A stretch of 64,000 nucleotides of DNA, from the NCBI GenBank assembly GCA_038230355.1, contig JBBRNK010000007.1:111529-175528 (forward strand), in the 5' to 3' direction. How positions within the stretch are numbered: position 1 is the stretch's first letter; each line of letters starts with the position of its first letter. Both the position numbers and the translations under genes were made by a program. Below, in pieces: positions 58,973 through 64,000 of this stretch. Source of the DNA: Mycobacteriales bacterium. GTDB taxonomy: Bacteria; Actinomycetota; Actinomycetes; Mycobacteriales; SCTD01. The notes under the pieces are model-generated. The model did no database searches and had not been told where the DNA came from. It saw only the letters and a list, made by a program, of their open reading frames with translations.

Positions 58973-59785
58973 TCAGCCTTCGCCGACGAGGGGGCTGCTG
59001 GCGACCTCGGTACCGTCACCGAGCGGGCTGATGACGAAGTCGGCGAAGACGTTGGTCGCGACCCGCTGCAGCTCGCGCAGCATCGCGATCGCGAGCTCGC
59101 GGATCTCTACGTCGGCGTGCTCCGAGGCTCGCATCGCCACGAAGTGCCGCATCGCGCGGTAGTTGCCGGTGACGACGATGCGGGTCTCGGTCGCGTTGGG
59201 CAGGACGGCCCGCGCGGCTTGACGGGCCTGCTTGCGCCGGGCGGTGACGTTCTCGACGTCGGCGAACTTCTTTTCCAGACCCTCAAGCAGCTTGGTGTAC
59301 GACGCCAGCGCCGCCTCCCCCGCCTCCAGGAACAGCGCGTGCAACGCGGGGTCGTCCGCGATGACGCCGGGCTCGACCATCGCGGCGTCACGCTCGGGCA
59401 CGTAGCGCTGGGAGAGCTGGCTGTAGGAGAAGTGCCGGTGCCGGATCAGCTCGTGCGTGAGGCTGCGGCTGATCCCGCTCAGGTAGAAGCTGACCGAGCC
59501 GTGCTCGAGCACGCTGAGGTGGCCGACCTCGAGGATGTGCTGGAGGTAGCCGGCGTTGCTCGCCGTCGCCGGGTTCGGCTTGCTCCAGCTCTGGTAGCAG
59601 GCCCGCCCGGCGAACTCGGCCAGGGCCTGGCCGCCGTCCACGTCGGTTTCCCACGGCACGTCGGCCGGCGGGTCGAAGTGGGTGTAGGCGATGACCTGGA
59701 CCTTGAGCGGCGCGAGCGCCGGAACTGCAGACAAGACACTTCTCCGTACGGCGGAAAGCGGGCCGCGGGGAGGGAAGAGCGGCAT
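58973..59785 (-). CDS. thyX: FAD-dependent thymidylate synthase ThyX
   Basis: ThyX motif [13 protein letters not shown] (RHRxxSxxxxSxR). The N-terminal start is uncertain. Confidence 0.85.
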   Translation of the reverse strand: MPLFPPRGPLSAVRRSVLSAVPALAPLKVQVIAYTHFDPPADVPWETDVDGGQALAEFAGRACYQSWSKPNPATASNAGYLQHILEVGHLSVLEHGSVSFYLSGISRSLTHELIRHRHFSYSQLSQRYVPERDAAMVEPGVIADDPALHALFLEAGEAALASYTKLLEGLEKKFADVENVTARRKQARQAARAVLPNATETRIVVTGNYRAMRHFVAMRASEHADVEIRELAIAMLRELQRVATNVFADFVISPLGDGTEVASSPLVGEG

Positions 59786-59959
59786 GCAGGAGCCTAGCCG
59801 GAGGGCGCCGGTAAGACGCCCCCGACGTGCCGGGACCTTGCCCGATGGACACCCCTTTGATCAGAACCGAAGAAATGTCACTTGCCTGATAGCCCCGAGG
59901 GGTCGACTGACCTACCGTCGCCACGAGCCCAACCGGGCGGATTCCCCTTGGAGGCCCGG

Positions 59960-62758
59960 ATGTCGCGTCAATCCTCCCGTCGGTTCTCTCGTGGCACGCG
60001 CTCAGCGCTGGCCACGGGTGGAGCCCTGTCGCTTCTCGCTCTGGGCTTGACGGGGGGCACCTCGCCGACCGTGAACGCCGCCCCCTCGTCCTCCTCGGGT
60101 GCTCGTGGCCTGGGGCTCGGGGCTGCCACGCTGACCGCGCTGGCCAGTAACGGCAACCGCAACCGGCACTCCGCCACGCTGGCGACCCAGGCCGAGAAGC
60201 TCGGAGCCAGCGGCGCCGAGGCCAGCCGCGGTCCCAGCCAGGAGGAGTACGACGCCCGGGCCTACCCCGCCGCAGCCGTCGCCCCGGCGCAGGTCACCGC
60301 TGCCCGTGCTGCGTACTCCCGGAAGGGAAAGTCGGCGGCTGGCTTCAGCCAGGTCGGACCCGACACCCAGCGGGTCCCCGCTGCGGTCACCTACACCGGC
60401 GTGGCCGCGACTGTCGCCGGTCGGGTCGCGGCGCTACTGCCGCTGGGTAGCTGCACATCGTCGGCCTGCACGCTGCTGGCCGGGACGGCCGGCGGTGGCC
60501 TGTGGAAGACCACCGACGCCCTGGGCCCCGCGAAGTGGGCGCCGGTCGGGGCCGGCCTCACCTCCAACGCGATCGGCTCGATCACCAAGGGAGGTGGCCT
60601 CGTCTACGTCGGTACGGGCGAGCCCAACGGGTCCAGCGACAGCGAGGCCGGCACCGGCCTGTTCGCCTCGAGCGACAACGGGGGCTCCTTCACCCGCGTC
60701 CCGACCCTGCTCCCCGACGGCACCGACCTCGCCGTCGGGCGCTCCGTGGCCTCGATCGTGCTCGACCGCAAGGACACCCAGCATCTTCTCGTCGGTACGG
60801 CTGTCGCGCGGCACGGCTCGTCCAGCGTCAACGGCGGCCGCTTCACGCCGCCCGGCAGCGCCAAGGTGGGTCTTTACGAGAGCTTCGACGCCGGCCGGAC
60901 GTGGGCCCTCGCCCACGCCGAGGCCTCCGACGTGGTCAACCCGACCTCGGCCAACGGCGGCGACTTCTTCCGCGGCGGCGTCACGAGGGTCGAGCAGGAC
61001 CCGGTCGACGCCTCGACGTACTACGCCTCGATCAACGGCTACGGCTTGTTCCGGCGTACCGGGACAGGCGCGTGGGACCACATCTACACGTCGTTCGCAC
61101 CGGGCAACGTGGCGCTGTCCTCGATCGCCCGCACCGAGTTCGATGCGGTGGCCCTGCCCGGTGGAAAGACCCGCATCTACCTCGGTGATGCCACCGCCAG
61201 CGACGACGGCTCGGCCGGCCTGCTCCGCACCGACGACGCCCGTACGGCGACACCCACGTTCACGCTGCTGTCGGCCGCGGACCCGGCCGACCCGGGTTCG
61301 TACGCGTCGTACAACTACTGCGGTGGCCAGTGCTCGTACGACATGCCGGTGAGCTCGCCGCCCGGGCAGCCCGACACGGTCTACGTCGGTGGCCAGATGC
61401 AGTACGGCGAGATCTTCACCCGCAACCAGCCCAGCAACGGCCGCGCCGTGCAGCGAAGCACCGACGCGGGCCGGTCCTTCACGGACATGACCAACGACCG
61501 AGGCGGCAACGGCCTGCACCCTGACCAGCACGCGATCGCCTTCGCCGGTGGCCGCACGTTCCTCGGGTCCGACGGTGGCGTCAACCGGCTGTCCGGCGGC
61601 TTCGTGGACACGTCCGCGGACTGCGCTTCCCGTGGCCTGACGGCGGTGCAGCTCGTCGACTGCCAGGCCTGGCTCAAGGCGATCCCCGTCCACAACACGC
61701 CCATCGTCAAGGGGCTGCAGAGCCTGCAGTTCCAGAGCGTCTCGGTCTCACCGGACAGCACCGAGCTTCTGGGTGGCACGCAGGACAACGGGACCTGGAC
61801 CTTCAATCGCAGCGGCGGCGACTCCTTCGAGAGCGTCGGTGGCGACGGTGGCCAGTCAGGCTTCGACGCCAAGAACCAGGACATCCGCTACCACTCCTAC
61901 TACGCGCCCCAGCACGACGTGAACTTCAAGGGCAGCGAGCCGACCGGGTGGAACTTCATCAGCGACCCGTTGCTCGCGAGCAAGGAGGCGGCGTCGTTCT
62001 ACACGCCCTTCGTCGCCGACCCCCGCAAGGGTGGCACCGTCTTTGACGGCCTCCAGCACGTGTGGCGCACCACCGACCACGGCGGGAACCGGGCCTACCT
62101 CGAGAAGCACTGCAACGAGTTCACGGGTGACTTCGACCCGGCAACCCCGTGCGGTGACTGGAAGCCGCTTGGGGCGGACCTGACGGGGATGTCCTTCGGC
62201 GATGACAAGCGCAGCGGCGACTACGTCGTGGCGATCACACGTTCCACCGAGGACAACGGGACGATGTGGGTCGGCAACCGGCGCGGCCGGCTGTTCATCA
62301 CGCACAACGCCAACGCGAAGGACCCGTCCGCCGTCAGCTTCGCCCGGCTCGACAACAGCTCCACGCCGACCCGTTTCGTCTCCGGCATCGCGGTCGACCC
62401 GAGTGACGCCAACCATGCCGTGGTCACGTACAGCGGCTACAACGCCTACAACCCGAGCGCGCCGGGTCACGTCTTCGACGTCCGCGTCGACAGCACCGGC
62501 CACGCGACGTTCACTGACCTGTCCGGCGACCTCGGCGACATGCCGATCGACGCCGTCGCGGTCGACTGGCAGCGGCTGACCGTCTACCTGGGCACCGACT
62601 TCGGAGTCCTGGCCGCCAAGGCCCCCAAGCCCGGTCAGACCTGGTCGGCCATGCCCGGCCTGCCGGTGGTGGCCGTCTTCGGCCTGACGATGGACACCGG
62701 CAAGGGCCTGCTCTACGCCGCCACCCACGGCCGCAGCGTCTGGTCGGCACGCCTGTAA
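59960..62758 (+). CDS. Secreted BNR/Asp-box repeat beta-propeller protein (paralog of 6000..8597)
   Basis: GGAGG precedes the ATG at 59960. Signal peptide is ALSLLALGLTGGTSPTVNA. Asp-box repeats include SDNGGSFTR, FDAGRTWAL, TDAGRSFTD and TDHGGN. The C-terminus ...LLYAATHGRSVWSARL parallels the first copy. Confidence 0.8.
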   Translation: MSRQSSRRFSRGTRSALATGGALSLLALGLTGGTSPTVNAAPSSSSGARGLGLGAATLTALASNGNRNRHSATLATQAEKLGASGAEASRGPSQEEYDARAYPAAAVAPAQVTAARAAYSRKGKSAAGFSQVGPDTQRVPAAVTYTGVAATVAGRVAALLPLGSCTSSACTLLAGTAGGGLWKTTDALGPAKWAPVGAGLTSNAIGSITKGGGLVYVGTGEPNGSSDSEAGTGLFASSDNGGSFTRVPTLLPDGTDLAVGRSVASIVLDRKDTQHLLVGTAVARHGSSSVNGGRFTPPGSAKVGLYESFDAGRTWALAHAEASDVVNPTSANGGDFFRGGVTRVEQDPVDASTYYASINGYGLFRRTGTGAWDHIYTSFAPGNVALSSIARTEFDAVALPGGKTRIYLGDATASDDGSAGLLRTDDARTATPTFTLLSAADPADPGSYASYNYCGGQCSYDMPVSSPPGQPDTVYVGGQMQYGEIFTRNQPSNGRAVQRSTDAGRSFTDMTNDRGGNGLHPDQHAIAFAGGRTFLGSDGGVNRLSGGFVDTSADCASRGLTAVQLVDCQAWLKAIPVHNTPIVKGLQSLQFQSVSVSPDSTELLGGTQDNGTWTFNRSGGDSFESVGGDGGQSGFDAKNQDIRYHSYYAPQHDVNFKGSEPTGWNFISDPLLASKEAASFYTPFVADPRKGGTVFDGLQHVWRTTDHGGNRAYLEKHCNEFTGDFDPATPCGDWKPLGADLTGMSFGDDKRSGDYVVAITRSTEDNGTMWVGNRRGRLFITHNANAKDPSAVSFARLDNSSTPTRFVSGIAVDPSDANHAVVTYSGYNAYNPSAPGHVFDVRVDSTGHATFTDLSGDLGDMPIDAVAVDWQRLTVYLGTDFGVLAAKAPKPGQTWSAMPGLPVVAVFGLTMDTGKGLLYAATHGRSVWSARL

Positions 62759-62786
62759 CCAGCGTCAACCGGTACGTCGGGCGCGC

Positions 62787-64000
62787 TCACCTCGGGGTGG
62801 GCGCGCCCGTCACCGTCGTGGCGGCAGGGGCATTGGCGCGCGCCAGGTCGCGGGCGAAGTCCCCGCGCTCCTCGACGACCACGTCCGCGAGCCCCAGCCA
62901 TGCCGCCGCCCGGGCGAGCTCGCCCGCGAGCGCCGCGGCCGTCCCGTCACCGTCCCGAGCACCCGGCTCGCGCCAGGCAGCCAGCACCCGGAGCACGCCG
63001 GCCTTGCGGTCGGCCTTGAGGTCCACCCGGGCGCGGATCGCCTCGTCGTGCAGGAAGAGCAGGCAGTAGTAGCCGTAGACCCGCTTGTGAGCGGGGACGT
63101 AGATCTCGATCCGGTAGTCGACGTCCCACAGTCGCTGGGTCCGACCCCGCTCCCACACCAGCGGGTCGAACGGCGACACCAGCGCCGACCGGCGCACCTT
63201 GCGGGGCACTGCCGTCCCGGGCGTCAGATAGGCGTCGTCTCGCCAGCCCTCGACCGTCACTGGCAGCAACGCCCCCTCCTCGACGAGAGACGCGACCGCC
63301 GCGTCCCCCTCCGCCGGCCGCAGCCGGAAGTAGTCCCGCAGGTCCTTGCGGGTCGCCACGCCGTGCGCGCGCGCGGAGATCCGGACCAGCTCGCGCTGGG
63401 CGTCCTCCCGCGTCGGGGTGGGCAGCGCCAGCACGGCGGAGGGGATCACCCGCTCGGTCACGTCGTACAACCGCTCGAAGCCGCTGGTCCTGCGGGCCGT
63501 CGTGACGTGGCCGCTCCAGAACAGGTACTCCAGGCCGCGCTTCACGTCATCCCAGCCCCACCAGGCACTCCCGCCCCGTGGTGCGTCCCGCAGCGCCCCT
63601 GCGCCCACCGGCCCGGAGTCCTCGACCCGGCGCAACAGGTCGGCGACGAAGTCTGGGCGGTCGCGGAACACGCGCAGCGGCCCGCCCCATCCCTCGTCGA
63701 GGGCCTCCGCCCGCGCCATCCGCCAGCGCAGCAACGGATGCAGCCCCACCGGCAGGTACGACGCCTCGTGACCCCAGTACTCGAACAGCTCCCGTCGACC
63801 GAACGCGAGATCGTCGAGCAGCGTCGCGGGCCACGGTCCGAGCCGACTGAACGCCGGCATCAGGTGCGCCCGCGTGAAGACGTTGACGCTGTCGATCTGC
63901 AGCAGCTGCGTCCGCCCCAGCACCCGCCGCAGGTGCCGCGCGTCGACCGCCCCCGTCGGAGGCGGGTCCGCGAACCCCTGCGCCGCGAGGGCGATCCGGC
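62787..64000 (-). CDS. YcaQ-like winged-helix DNA glycosylase (DUF1006), 5'-partial (continues past the window end)
   Basis: Conserved FEYWGHEASY and further YcaQ blocks are present. The reading frame stays open upstream of the first Met to the window edge and encodes ...RIALAAQGFADPPP..., the canonical YcaQ N-terminus. Confidence 0.75.
   Translation of the reverse strand, partial: RIALAAQGFADPPPTGAVDARHLRRVLGRTQLLQIDSVNVFTRAHLMPAFSRLGPWPATLLDDLAFGRRELFEYWGHEASYLPVGLHPLLRWRMARAEALDEGWGGPLRVFRDRPDFVADLLRRVEDSGPVGAGALRDAPRGGSAWWGWDDVKRGLEYLFWSGHVTTARRTSGFERLYDVTERVIPSAVLALPTPTREDAQRELVRISARAHGVATRKDLRDYFRLRPAEGDAAVASLVEEGALLPVTVEGWRDDAYLTPGTAVPRKVRRSALVSPFDPLVWERGRTQRLWDVDYRIEIYVPAHKRVYGYYCLLFLHDEAIRARVDLKADRKAGVLRVLAAWREPGARDGDGTAAALAGELARAAAWLGLADVVVEERGDFARDLARANAPAATTVTGAPTPR

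Overview
High-GC (~70%+) actinobacterial chromosomal segment, densely coding on both strands and without introns. About 60 protein-coding genes and one tRNA-Met(CAT) are called. There are no rRNA genes, CRISPR arrays, integrases, transposases or restriction-modification genes, and no evidence of a mobile element. The backbone is conserved actinobacterial housekeeping synteny: (i) a type IIA topoisomerase B/A pair (ParE/ParC-like, lacking a GyrA box) next to an adenosine deaminase; (ii) on the minus strand ftsK - RNase J - dapA - small repeat protein - thyX, then rimO - pgsA - cinA - clgR-like HTH with a ClgR-box-like palindrome, with pspA nearby. The accessory content is regulators (ECF sigma/anti-sigma, TraR/DksA zinc finger, stand-alone cNMP-binding protein, TetR, XRE-cupin, MalT-type LuxR/STAND, OmpR-type two-component system), exporters (four MFS, one MMPL) and an unusually high density of secreted or lipoprotein beta-propeller proteins (two ~900-aa BNR/Asp-box paralogs, a PQQ-repeat lipoprotein, two YVTN/NHL lipoproteins, a Kelch lipoprotein). 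Other pairs present: DUF1800/DUF1501, flotillin/NfeD, and formate-THF ligase. The most interesting locus is a tightly translationally coupled operon at ~37.6-41.2 kb: PQQ-repeat lipoprotein, GT-A-like DUF2064, SAM methyltransferase, then a polytopic membrane domain joined or frameshifted to a YVTN beta-propeller. Its likely partners are a GT2 (polyprenol-phosphate glycosyltransferase-like) and an NAD-epimerase at 33.9-35.6 kb, with a divergent two-component system between them. This looks like a conserved but functionally uncharacterized cell-envelope glycosyl/methyl-transfer module. Many very long ORFs in the six-frame track (e.g. 93..3203, 3033..5987, 9620..13651, 16095..17759) are antisense artefacts of the high GC content and were not called.
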